From IMG/VR virus record IMGVR_UViG_3300008113_000017: 64,000 nt of DNA. One strand, given 5' to 3'. Shown one piece after another: positions 49,684 to 59,231 of the stretch. This DNA comes from an uncultured virus (IMG/VR IMGVR_UViG_3300008113_000017) (taxonomy: Duplodnaviria; Heunggongvirae; Uroviricota; Caudoviricetes). Below the pieces are notes generated by a model that worked only from the letters and a program-made list of their open reading frames with translations, searched no databases and was not told the origin of the DNA. Both the position numbers and the translations under genes were made by a program. Numbering within the stretch: the stretch's first letter is position 1; every line of letters begins with the position of its first letter.

Positions 49684-49702
49684 TGAATATTCTCCTTAGT
49701 GA

Positions 49703-49748
49703 AGCGGGCGACGCGTTTTGTGAATATCACTGTAACGCGCCGCCCGTT
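49703..49748 (-). terminator. GC-rich hairpin after the major tail gene
   Basis: CGGGCG.CGCGTT ... AACGCG.CGCCCG inverted repeat. Confidence 0.55.
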
Positions 49749-49760
49749 CCTAACCGTTTA

Positions 49761-51305
49761 TTAAGAGGTTGGGTCCTCGTTTGACTTGATTACGCGGTCA
49801 AGAGGTAGGTCAGGGTTGTAGTTGACGTTACCTGGGACGTTGAATCCAGTGGTTGATGCAGTACCTGCAGCAGCCGATGACACACTAGCACCAAATAGAG
49901 CACTGAGGGTAGTGATCGCACTTCCACGTGTTACCTGTGCAGTAGCTGCAATTGTTTCAGTAGCAGTAGTGCTCGAAATGGTTGCAGTAAAGGTATTAAC
50001 ACCAGTCACAGTAATGGCTGCAGCAGTTATGTTGAATGCTGCGTTAGTTACGAATCCGGTAACAGTAACAAGTTGACCAGTAACTAGACCATGGGCTGCA
50101 GCGGTGTAGGTAGCTGTAGTACCAGCAGCAGTACATGATGTAATTGCAGCACGACGAGCAACAGCAACGCTAGTTCCAGTTGTACCTGCAAGAGCAGTGA
50201 ATGTACCGTTGAAGATGCTACGAGTAACTACAGCAGACGAGCTGTTAACTGCAACGCTAGTTACAGCAGCAGCATTGGTCTTAGCGTAGGTGATGTCGTT
50301 AGTTGACACTGTAGCTACACCGTAAGTACCATCAAATGCGCTGTCACCAATAGAAACAACAATTTTGTCACCAACTACTACACCGTGGCCAGCTGCAAGA
50401 GTTAGCGTTACGGTAGAAGTGGTAGCAGCTTTATTAGTTACTAGGTAAGTTGCGTCTGCGTTAGCTACCGTTAGGCTGTCACCAACACTGTAAGTGTGGC
50501 TTTCTGTAGTAGCCAAAGTGATCGCACCAGCAGTAGTAATTGCCACAGTCGATAGTTTGTAGTTAATACCATCAAGCGACTCGACAGCACGGTAGTTTGG
50601 AGCACCAAGTTCGGCACCGCCTTCACCAGCGTAGTTCCAAGTGTAGAATCCATTAAGACCTACTGGAGCCCAGGCTGAACGTGCATAAGCGTATGGACGC
50701 TCAGCTGCAGTTGGGAACTCCCAACGGCCGTCAATACCGGATGCAAAAGTAGGGTTTCCTAGACCATAACCTTCAAAGGTGTTGGCTAGTAGACCGTTTT
50801 CAATAACGCGGTCGCCTGACTGACGTAGCTTAACGTATGGGAATACCCAGTAGAAGTAAGGAAGAGTTCCAGACTTCTTACCGTTCTTGATAGCCCATGA
50901 CCAAGCTTCAATGGCAACACCGTTACCTGCTGGGTCATCTCCAACGCCTGGAGCTGCCCAACCGATTGACTGGTTGTTAGCTGATGCAAAGGTTCCTAGG
51001 TTCTTACGAAGTAGTAGACCACCAGATAGCAGAGAGGTTAGCTCTGGGTCTGGCTCACAAATCGCAAGTTCCATAGTGATACGCTTTAGGGTGTCTGGAG
51101 ACTTGTAAGTTACGCAAACAGTACCGTTAGCGGACTTCTCAGTGATCTCGTCACCTTCTTCGTATTCAGGTGTAAATGACAGGCGCATGAAAGCAGACGT
51201 TACGTAGCTGTCACCCGGACCCGTCATCAAGTTGCCAGATGCGTCCAAGCGGGTGACACGGATTGACACACCTTGGATGCTGGCTGCATAATCTTGAGTA
51301 GGCAT
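49761..51305 (-). CDS. Major tail tube protein with C-terminal decoration domains
   Basis: IRVTRLD..G, PEYEEG.EI..K.ANG.VC and Y.YWVFP motifs; three H-x-x-x-x-G-D/Q modules in the C-half. Confidence 0.85.
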   Translation of the reverse strand: MPTQDYAASIQGVSIRVTRLDASGNLMTGPGDSYVTSAFMRLSFTPEYEEGDEITEKSANGTVCVTYKSPDTLKRITMELAICEPDPELTSLLSGGLLLRKNLGTFASANNQSIGWAAPGVGDDPAGNGVAIEAWSWAIKNGKKSGTLPYFYWVFPYVKLRQSGDRVIENGLLANTFEGYGLGNPTFASGIDGRWEFPTAAERPYAYARSAWAPVGLNGFYTWNYAGEGGAELGAPNYRAVESLDGINYKLSTVAITTAGAITLATTESHTYSVGDSLTVANADATYLVTNKAATTSTVTLTLAAGHGVVVGDKIVVSIGDSAFDGTYGVATVSTNDITYAKTNAAAVTSVAVNSSSAVVTRSIFNGTFTALAGTTGTSVAVARRAAITSCTAAGTTATYTAAAHGLVTGQLVTVTGFVTNAAFNITAAAITVTGVNTFTATISSTTATETIAATAQVTRGSAITTLSALFGASVSSAAAGTASTTGFNVPGNVNYNPDLPLDRVIKSNEDPTS

Positions 51306-51344
51306 TGCCTTTTCTCCTTCTTACTTAATTGATTGAGTTGTTGG

Positions 51345-52226
51345 TTATGCTGCGGTCAAGTCGACGCGAACAGCAAGGTGTATCGAGGTTCCAAAGTAAA
51401 CCGCCGCTGGGCGAATTGCTTTTAGCCTCATGTCATTTTGGTTTCCTGCGACATCATAAGCCTGGGCCAAGTTGTCGTTTACAACATCGATCTTGCCCAA
51501 GTAAACTCGAACAGTGCCGGTGGCGTAAATCCATTTGTTTGTGGCTGATGCAGTCTGTGTCCCGTCAGTAACGCTGAGCGGTCCTTGACCTGTGTAACCA
51601 CTTCCAACGATAACTGGAGTACCACCCATGGTTTGTAGGTGGTCCTTATCTTTCTCGTGGAAAAGCATATTTGAGTTGCTCGACAGAAGAGCAACAACGT
51701 CGCGAGTAGCGTGGATAATCCCCTGCTCACCGCCGTGAGAGACAGTAGCAATTGAGTGCTCTAGTAGAGCAAGTGCACGCTTTGGTGAAAGTGCGGCTCC
51801 AGAGTTAAGAACTGTTGCCCCATCAATTAAAGCTTTGTTGTCATGACTTTCACCAATACGGATGTCTCCGTGCCATAACTCTCGCTCTAAAGCTTTCTGC
51901 GTTACGCCCTCTAGCTGACGCTTTAGACGAGCAACACGATCTATTCCTGAAAAACCTAAAGTAGATCTAACTTCTTCTAGCTCAATGAAGAACGGCTTGA
52001 TTTCGTCGTAGTAATTTACAGTCGCGTTGTTTACAAGTGTATAGCTGGTGGTATCTGTATCATCCCAGTTCTTTAGGGTATCTACAGTAGTTTCATACTC
52101 CTGAGAGAATCCACGAATCCAGCGATCCTCATCTGCTGAATTCTCTGGCTTTACTACGGCAAGTAAGCCAAAAGCGGAGGGCACAATTTTTCCTGCCTCT
52201 GCAACGCCATTCTTAGGAAGAGCCAT
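51345..52226 (-). CDS. Second capsid protein (pentamer-type, cluster-B-like)
   Basis: Directly follows the MCP; FGLL, ALERELW.G, G.IH, T.GGTPV..G.GY and WIYATG.V motifs. Confidence 0.7.
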   Translation of the reverse strand: MALPKNGVAEAGKIVPSAFGLLAVVKPENSADEDRWIRGFSQEYETTVDTLKNWDDTDTTSYTLVNNATVNYYDEIKPFFIELEEVRSTLGFSGIDRVARLKRQLEGVTQKALERELWHGDIRIGESHDNKALIDGATVLNSGAALSPKRALALLEHSIATVSHGGEQGIIHATRDVVALLSSNSNMLFHEKDKDHLQTMGGTPVIVGSGYTGQGPLSVTDGTQTASATNKWIYATGTVRVYLGKIDVVNDNLAQAYDVAGNQNDMRLKAIRPAAVYFGTSIHLAVRVDLTAA

Positions 52227-52262
52227 TCTTAATCCTTAATTTAAAGTCTGTAGTCCAGTTAC

Positions 52263-52289
52263 TGGGGCGGCCTTTTGACGGGCCACCCC
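52263..52289 (-). terminator. Hairpin after the major capsid gene
   Basis: GGGGCGGCC/GGCCACCCC inverted repeat. Confidence 0.5.
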
Positions 52290-52309
52290 AACAACTAGGG
52301 GTTTATCGA

Positions 52310-54106
52310 TTAAAGCTCGATAGTAGCTGCGGCAGTGCTGCCAGTGGTGTCGCGCAGAGCTGCGGCTACACCGTTGATGCTGATGGTTGAGGTGATCTTG
52401 AGAGACTCAATACCAACCTTTGCAACAGCCTCGAATGTTTCAATGAACATCTTGTAGTCGTTTGTGCCAACAAGAGTGCTGTCACGAATGATTCCAAGGT
52501 CCAAAGTTCCACCGTCAAGGAACAAGAATGTACCCTCGGCGAATAGGTACCAGTCAAACTCGTCTGGGAACTCAAGAAGTGCGGCAGCACTCTGTGAACC
52601 GAAGACGGTCATGTCTGGAGATGATACTAGAGTTACGTTGCTGTGCGATAGGTAACCATCAATTTCTGACTTAGAAACTGATAGAGTGCCATCACCTGGC
52701 ATTGCCAAGGTTAGGTCAGCTGCCATTGCATCGTATACCCACTCAGGAATGAAAGCCTGAAGCTGGGTGTTTGGGTCGATGCGGTGACGGTTACGGTAAG
52801 CAACAGCTGCACGACGGATCTGTACTAGGAAGTCACGACCAAAACCAATTAGGTTAGTGGTAGTAACAGCAGTAGAACCGTTGGTTAGCTGGCTGAGTAG
52901 GTTCTGCTCAGCTTCACGAGCGTGCTGTACTAGAGCCAACTCGTTGTGACGAGCGATCAACTCTGGGTAAGCACGAGTCATCAAGTTACCGAACTGTAGC
53001 TGTAGGGTTACAGCGTCAGTTGACTTGGTGTTTTCAGCAGCAGCTGAAACAGTCAAGCTGGTCTTGGTGGCTGGGCTTGGAGTAGTAGCTGAGTCGTTTG
53101 TTGCAGTCCATACACCAACAGCGTTAGCATAAGTGCCAGCTGCGAATGAAGGTGGAGTAACGAAACGGATACCACCACGGTCAGCCTGGAAGCGAGGCAG
53201 AGCATCGCGTAGAGGACGAACGTTGGTTGAACCGATCGAGTAGATGTCATACTTAACCTCGAACGGAGCTGCGTGACCACCAGAAGCAACAAGTGCCTCA
53301 GGTCCTGCAACTGCAGCGATCTTCAAAGCGTTAGCTTCTGCATCGGTAGTTAGAGTACGAGCCTCTGGGTATTCGGTTGTTACGGATGCAACGATGTGCT
53401 GCTCTCCGTCTCCACCGTTGACACGACGTAGAGAATGAATTCTCTTCTCCATAGCTACTGCTACTTCGCTCATGTCAGCAATGGTTGATCCTGCGCTGTA
53501 ACCAGGAATGTCAGCACCAGCAGTAATAGTTACTGGAGCTTCCTTAACTTCGATTACAGGCTGGCGATCAGCTGGGGCCTCGAAAGGCTGTTCTGCTGCT
53601 GCGGTCACTGGGGCCTGCTCTTCCTGCTGAACTTCGTCAGCGGTAGTGGTTGTTTGGGGTTCTTCGGTTGATAGTTCAGATCCTTCAACCTGAGTCATTG
53701 ATGCGTCCGAGGTTTCGGCTGAGTAAGCCTTCTTCTTTTCCTCGTCCTCTTGAGCTGGAGTCTCTACGACTTCCTCCACTGGAGCTTCCTCCATTGGGGT
53801 TTCTTCAGCTGGAGCTTCTTCAACTGGCATATCGCCAACTGGAGCCTCCCCGTCCTCGCCAGTAACACGCATAGTCGCTTCGGCAGCACGAGCAGCAAGC
53901 TCTTCTTTAGCGGCCTCGCGACGACTGGTTTCACCGCGTACGGTGTCCAACATGTCGGCAAGTGACGTCATAGCGTCAACAACCTCAGGAGTAGTTTCTT
54001 TACCTTCGACCAATTCGAATTCACGGACGATTGATTCCTGTAGAGCGGCAACTTGCTCGTCGCTTAGCTCTGCCAGTCCATCGACCTGAGATTTAATGTG
54101 GTCCAC
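52310..54106 (-). CDS. Major capsid protein with N-terminal scaffold (hexamer-type)
   Basis: Acidic helical N-third; ALVASGG..AP....YD, RP.RDALP.F.A.RGGIRF and GT...LDGGTLDLGI.RDS.L...ND motifs; AGGAGG RBS. Confidence 0.9.
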   Translation of the reverse strand: MDHIKSQVDGLAELSDEQVAALQESIVREFELVEGKETTPEVVDAMTSLADMLDTVRGETSRREAAKEELAARAAEATMRVTGEDGEAPVGDMPVEEAPAEETPMEEAPVEEVVETPAQEDEEKKKAYSAETSDASMTQVEGSELSTEEPQTTTTADEVQQEEQAPVTAAAEQPFEAPADRQPVIEVKEAPVTITAGADIPGYSAGSTIADMSEVAVAMEKRIHSLRRVNGGDGEQHIVASVTTEYPEARTLTTDAEANALKIAAVAGPEALVASGGHAAPFEVKYDIYSIGSTNVRPLRDALPRFQADRGGIRFVTPPSFAAGTYANAVGVWTATNDSATTPSPATKTSLTVSAAAENTKSTDAVTLQLQFGNLMTRAYPELIARHNELALVQHAREAEQNLLSQLTNGSTAVTTTNLIGFGRDFLVQIRRAAVAYRNRHRIDPNTQLQAFIPEWVYDAMAADLTLAMPGDGTLSVSKSEIDGYLSHSNVTLVSSPDMTVFGSQSAAALLEFPDEFDWYLFAEGTFLFLDGGTLDLGIIRDSTLVGTNDYKMFIETFEAVAKVGIESLKITSTISINGVAAALRDTTGSTAAATIEL

Positions 54107-54223
54107 GTATCCTCCTAGGATAGTTGTTTAGATGTGTGTATTTCACACATCTTGCTGTTCGGTCCAAAGCAAAGGGACTTACCGCACCATGCGGCAGGCA
54201 CTCTACCCAGACTTATTTTACCC
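54107..54223 (-). promoter_or_regulatory. MCP promoter (GGG-TAAAAT) and structured 5' leader
   Basis: -10 box at 54215-54220; hairpins at 54181-54195, 54162-54178 and 54131-54151; SD-occluding hairpin at 54108-54122. Confidence 0.55.
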
Positions 54224-54244
54224 TGTTTTTTAGTTGTTTATTAT

Positions 54245-57200
54245 TTAGGTCAGAAGCCTTAGAAGCTTGTTGAACTCTCTGGATATATCAGATTGTCCAA
54301 ATAGCTTAGATCCTGACTTAAAGGAGCGAATTTCTTGGGTAGCGATATCCGCGTCCTTTGAACCAATCTTTTGCTCAACCCTGCTTGTCATATCATCAAG
54401 TAGATCTTTCAGAACAGGGGGGAGGTCACTATATCTAAGTTTCGCGTTTGGATCCTTAAATGGTAGTGGCAGGTTGGCAATTGTTTTACCTAGTTCTTGC
54501 GTAGTTAAACGTATGTTTTCTAGAGATTTAGCATTTAAGGCTCCAGTGTCAAGACGATCAACAGTTCCAATGAGATCTGACGCGGCTTTAGCAGCCGTAC
54601 CATAGTCACCAATTTCTGTATAACCTTCTGCCTGAGCCACTTTTCTAGCTACACTCTCTAGACCAGCAACACCTAGGTTAAGTTTTAGTCTGGCTAGTAC
54701 CTTACGGAACTTTCCATACTCGTCTCGCGGTTGGTTCTTACCAGGGACGTACTTATCTCCATCTTGAGCATAAGGGCTTATGTCGGAGTCTTTTTTAACT
54801 TCTTCAATAACCTTCTGCTCAATTTCTTCTTGAGTAAGACGCTCATCCACTGGTTGCTTCTCCATTACTGGCTTGTCTTTAGGCTGAACCCCGAGAGGTT
54901 TATCTGCCTTAACAGGAACAGTAGGGAGAGGATTTACAGGACCAACCGCATCAGTTTTTCCCAGGGCCTCCACAGCCGCTGCAACACGAGCACGAAGTTC
55001 ATTCGGCTGGGTTGAAGCTGTGATTGACTCTGAAGTAGAAGCAACGTGTTGCTTGTGCCACTTCTCTGGGATTAGATCTGTTTTGCCAAGAGCCTTAGCA
55101 CGACGCATAATGTGGCGACGAACCTTGTTTCTTTCAGATTCTTTTGCACGGCCGAATGCTTGAATAGCATTCTTCAGATCCTCTTCATTACGAATAGGAT
55201 ATGCTCCGTCTGGAAGAGCCTGACGCTTCTTTACGGCTGCATCGCGCTCTGCCTTGGTAATAGCAAAGTTGTCAACGTAACCATAAACCTTGTTTGACAA
55301 TTCAGCACTCCTGGCGGAAAGAACAGCTGCTCTTTCGCTACGGAATGCGTCAAACCTAGCTTTAGCTGCGGCAACCTGAGCATCTGGACCATAAAGTTCA
55401 GAAGCTTTTAGTTCAGCTAGAGGGCGAGCACCAGCTGCAACAAGGGCCATTACAGCACCTGATGCGACACGGGCACGGGCGATTGGGAAGCCAGGAACAT
55501 TAACCTGGCAGACAGCTACAAGCTCAAGTGAGCCACGGATTGGACGCCAGTCACCTGAAGGAGCAGATGCACGAAGTGCACGTACTTGCTCAGGGGTTGC
55601 GGATGGGCGAAGTCCACCGGCGACCCAGATACCATGTGCATCTTCTCCGGCATGTACGTCAGCAATTGCTGATGCAGTGTCGTCGTAGTGCTTAACGGCG
55701 TCTAGTGCGCTAGCTTCTAGTGGGGCATGGCCTCCCGCAAGCGTGAGTTGACCTACTGGTACATCCTTACCATTGGCAGTGCGAACAACGCCAGTGTGGA
55801 AGTAAGAGTAGTTACTCTTGCTACGGGGAGGTTTGGTGCCGGCTACCAAACCGATATGATCAACGTTCCAAGCTGCAATGTGACCAAAGACTCTACCATC
55901 GTCAGTAACGGTGATAGGGGTAGGTTTACTTAGCTTAGGATTGTTAAACCATTCAGCAGGTGGCACAACCGGGATAGCTCCAGCAACTACAGCGCATGCA
56001 ACAAGCGATGCTGATTCTGGAGAATCCAGGTCTTCGGCATAAATTCCATCTTTTGGAATCATACTTTCCTCCTGGGGGTTTGCTTCCTCTAATAGGAAGA
56101 TCTTGCATTCTTGGAACGCGGGCTTTGGCACCATAGTGATTGCCATTACCCGAGCTTTGTTGATAGTGAGTTTGTCTCCACCAACTTTTTTGTCGTCATC
56201 GATATCGATGTCGTTCTCAGTCTTAGCTTTAGAGTCCGATTTCTTTTTCTCTTCTTCAGCTTCAAACTGATCCATATCGGCTGATACGCCACGGATAAAT
56301 CCGTTGCGAACCAGACGTTCGGCTTCACGCCCGTACTCGCCGGTATCAAATACGCCAAACGCGTTTCCAATACCTTCTTCTGTACGCTCCATTCGGTCAA
56401 TACGACCGACTACGACGGACCCATTGTGTCCATCTGAAGTTCTAACTTGCCACAGCAAAGGAAGTGGCAGCTCACGCATAGTTATAGAACCTTTACGGAA
56501 AGTACGCCCGTCTCCAGTCTCTTTTCCTTCAGGAATAACTAGCGGAATTCTAAATGATGACCCACTTCCGCCCGCTACTAAAGGAGCAGCCGCAAGAAGT
56601 CCAAGTCTTTGTTTAGCGTTGTTTGATCGGGCTAAAAGTTCTAACGAGTTTATAACCATCTCGCTTGATTTAATGACATCGCTACTAAACATAGCTTTGT
56701 TACCGCCACGGCCTTTTCTACCATACATCTCTCTATGACGCTTGTCTCCGGTCCACATGCCAGTCATTTCTTTGTGGCGTAGAGCACAGTAACCTTTAGC
56801 ACGTGGGCCTAGGTATTTTTCAAGTTGTCTTACGCAACGAGTCCAGTCACCCTTGGTGTTCCATCTAATCTTTAGACCACCCTTACCAACAGTCCAGTAG
56901 CGGCGTAATTCTTCTGCGTTACCACGGTTGCGATCTAAGCCACCGGCTGCAACAAGAATTTCTTCTCTAGGACCCCAAAGAACCATCATCTCGTATTGAA
57001 GATACGCTGCAGAGGCAGTGATTCCATCTACTTGCTTTAGAACATCATTTAAAGTTGCGGAATCAAGTGGGACTACAGGTGGTGGAGTTGCTGACTTAAG
57101 ATCAGAAAGAGTTTTTTCGTCACGAACCCACTTCTTATCTAAACGACGGTAAATCATAGGAGCCGTAGACGTTGAGCTAGCTGGCACCATACTTACAAGA

Positions 57201-58999
57201 TCTAGCACAGCCTGAGGGTCGTCCGGAGCAACAATAGCAAAATATAGAGGCTGAACGTCAGAAGTTTCAGGAGTTAGCTGGACTGGCTTTCCTGGATCTT
57301 TTGGGGTTGGACTACTTTTAGGTGCGCCTTCTGGCTTAGCCTCGTCTTTTTGAGTTTCTGTTACCGCATCAGTTGCAGGCTTTTGAGCTTCAGCTATTTC
57401 AGCTGGAGTATTAGGTGCTGCAACCATTGCAGAAGCAACAACAGGAGATGCCCAGTTATTGTCAGTCTCTGGTTGCATCTCATCGCGTTGTTTTGAAGCA
57501 CGCCACTTTTTTAGAAGCGGGTGATCATAAGATTCTATTCGCTCTTCTTTTTCATCTCCAGCACTTGTCATAGGAGTTTTGTAGTCTCCTGGAGAATAAG
57601 AAGCACGTTGGCTTTGTACCCAAGCCGGGAAGTCATAAAGAACTTGGTGTAGATCTTCCTTAGTCATTGCAGGAAGTGTGCCAGAAATTCTAGCGTTTGG
57701 TCTATCTATTGGAGTACGAGGTTCACCAAGAATTCCAGAAGTATCTAGGGGACCTTCAAGTATTTCTTGTGGAGGTAGCCCAGATTCGGCTCTCTTTCTT
57801 TGCTCTTCTAGACTAATTCCCCCAGGCTTACCTTTGGAAGCTTCAGCACCCTGAGGTGTTGCACCTTGCTGTCCTGGTGCAACACTTTGCTTTCCAGCAG
57901 TAGTTTTTCCAGTATTGCCTTTGCTACCAAATCTTCCACCAGCAGCCCTAGGTTGTTTTGCAACATTTGCCGAACGTTCTTTTGAAGTATAGCCAGGCGT
58001 ACCCATACCGCCTTCTCCAGCAGCAACCATACCAAGATCAATCATCTCCCAGTCTTCTTCTGGAATTGATCGGGCAGCTAGCATAGCTTCGTCTTTATCT
58101 AGGTCAAAAACAGAAACTTTTCCATAAGGACTACTTGCAAGTCTTGCTGCCATCAGTACAGCAGACGAAGGATCTATTAATATATGACTTTTTTCTATGC
58201 CGTCATCTTCAAAGTCAAGCTGCTCGTCATAGTCCCAAACATCGTGGTCAACATTACCCATGTCATCCCAGCAGTCGTTATCCCAAACGTAGACTTGCCC
58301 ATCAATGTCAACTTTGTATAGACGATCTAATCCAGACCCATCCAAACAAACTCTAGCCATAAATTCTGGGCCATAATTTTCTTCCAAGTCAAAAGCATTT
58401 TTAAATGGATCAACTGGATTTTGAGACATTAAGTATCCATCAGCTTTCATAGCTTTAGGATCTGCGTGCTCTACAATGTCAGCGGCCCAACGCCAAGCGG
58501 AATCCCCGCCCCACAGCGCCCACGCTATTCGTCCGTTAGAAGGGAAGTTGTCTTGGCCAGGCTTCCAACCCTTACCCTTTTTGTCAACTTCGTGACGCGG
58601 GAAATATTTTGCTATATGGCGGACTTTTTGTAGACCTATCTGTCCGCCGCGAGCCAAGATACGAGCAGTGTTAAGGCCAACAGGAGTGCCGCCACGCTTG
58701 TGCTCTTTACGCCACTCAAGTGCTTTTTTAGCTTCAGCCTGAGCAGCTTTAGGAATTGTATACATACGTCCAGCAGCAGCTGTTATAGATTTTGCATCTA
58801 AAGTTTGGAGTGCTATATTAGCAAGAGATGCTTCATTTGAGTAAAGATTCCGATCGGCTTTTTCCCATTTTCTAGAAGAAAATAACTCCTCGGGAACACC
58901 TGACTCAACAACCATGTTGAAGTCAGTATCGACAACTACACCATGATGGTCGCTCGTAAATAGGAGCTGAGACCCAGATTGGCCGATTAATGTGATCAT
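54245..58999 (-). CDS. Multidomain capsid maturation protease
   Basis: PEG.ETGDGR.F...LPLPL.WQ...GH..SVVVGRI...GVSAD...T.V..PAF protease core at ~56100-56550, plus several accessory domains; directly upstream of the MCP. Confidence 0.85.
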   Translation of the reverse strand: MITLIGQSGSQLLFTSDHHGVVVDTDFNMVVESGVPEELFSSRKWEKADRNLYSNEASLANIALQTLDAKSITAAAGRMYTIPKAAQAEAKKALEWRKEHKRGGTPVGLNTARILARGGQIGLQKVRHIAKYFPRHEVDKKGKGWKPGQDNFPSNGRIAWALWGGDSAWRWAADIVEHADPKAMKADGYLMSQNPVDPFKNAFDLEENYGPEFMARVCLDGSGLDRLYKVDIDGQVYVWDNDCWDDMGNVDHDVWDYDEQLDFEDDGIEKSHILIDPSSAVLMAARLASSPYGKVSVFDLDKDEAMLAARSIPEEDWEMIDLGMVAAGEGGMGTPGYTSKERSANVAKQPRAAGGRFGSKGNTGKTTAGKQSVAPGQQGATPQGAEASKGKPGGISLEEQRKRAESGLPPQEILEGPLDTSGILGEPRTPIDRPNARISGTLPAMTKEDLHQVLYDFPAWVQSQRASYSPGDYKTPMTSAGDEKEERIESYDHPLLKKWRASKQRDEMQPETDNNWASPVVASAMVAAPNTPAEIAEAQKPATDAVTETQKDEAKPEGAPKSSPTPKDPGKPVQLTPETSDVQPLYFAIVAPDDPQAVLDLVSMVPASSTSTAPMIYRRLDKKWVRDEKTLSDLKSATPPPVVPLDSATLNDVLKQVDGITASAAYLQYEMMVLWGPREEILVAAGGLDRNRGNAEELRRYWTVGKGGLKIRWNTKGDWTRCVRQLEKYLGPRAKGYCALRHKEMTGMWTGDKRHREMYGRKGRGGNKAMFSSDVIKSSEMVINSLELLARSNNAKQRLGLLAAAPLVAGGSGSSFRIPLVIPEGKETGDGRTFRKGSITMRELPLPLLWQVRTSDGHNGSVVVGRIDRMERTEEGIGNAFGVFDTGEYGREAERLVRNGFIRGVSADMDQFEAEEEKKKSDSKAKTENDIDIDDDKKVGGDKLTINKARVMAITMVPKPAFQECKIFLLEEANPQEESMIPKDGIYAEDLDSPESASLVACAVVAGAIPVVPPAEWFNNPKLSKPTPITVTDDGRVFGHIAAWNVDHIGLVAGTKPPRSKSNYSYFHTGVVRTANGKDVPVGQLTLAGGHAPLEASALDAVKHYDDTASAIADVHAGEDAHGIWVAGGLRPSATPEQVRALRASAPSGDWRPIRGSLELVAVCQVNVPGFPIARARVASGAVMALVAAGARPLAELKASELYGPDAQVAAAKARFDAFRSERAAVLSARSAELSNKVYGYVDNFAITKAERDAAVKKRQALPDGAYPIRNEEDLKNAIQAFGRAKESERNKVRRHIMRRAKALGKTDLIPEKWHKQHVASTSESITASTQPNELRARVAAAVEALGKTDAVGPVNPLPTVPVKADKPLGVQPKDKPVMEKQPVDERLTQEEIEQKVIEEVKKDSDISPYAQDGDKYVPGKNQPRDEYGKFRKVLARLKLNLGVAGLESVARKVAQAEGYTEIGDYGTAAKAASDLIGTVDRLDTGALNAKSLENIRLTTQELGKTIANLPLPFKDPNAKLRYSDLPPVLKDLLDDMTSRVEQKIGSKDADIATQEIRSFKSGSKLFGQSDISREFNKLLRLLT

Positions 59000-59058
59000 C
59001 TAAAAGTCCTGCTGTTGATAGTATTTATATTTATTGTACACTTCTATTGTAAAAGTGA

Positions 59059-59229
59059 CTATTCTGGTTTACCACGGTAGACGCCGTTTTCATCAACTTC
59101 ATCGGAGTCGTCTTCATAATCCGGAACCGGATTTCCAATGATTCTAGCCATAAGAGCCCAGTATTCTGGGTCATCTTCTGTGTATTGCTTAGGCATATCT
59201 GGGTCTTCTGGCATTTCTTTTTCAGCCAT
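59059..59229 (-). CDS. Small acidic protein (56 aa)
   Basis: Hand-translated MAEKEMPEDPDMPKQYTEDDPEYWALMARIIGNPVPDYEDDSDEVDENGVYRGKPE; GAGGAG RBS; starts 2 nt after the upstream stop. Confidence 0.7.
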   Translation of the reverse strand: MAEKEMPEDPDMPKQYTEDDPEYWALMARIIGNPVPDYEDDSDEVDENGVYRGKPE

Positions 59230-59231
59230 TT

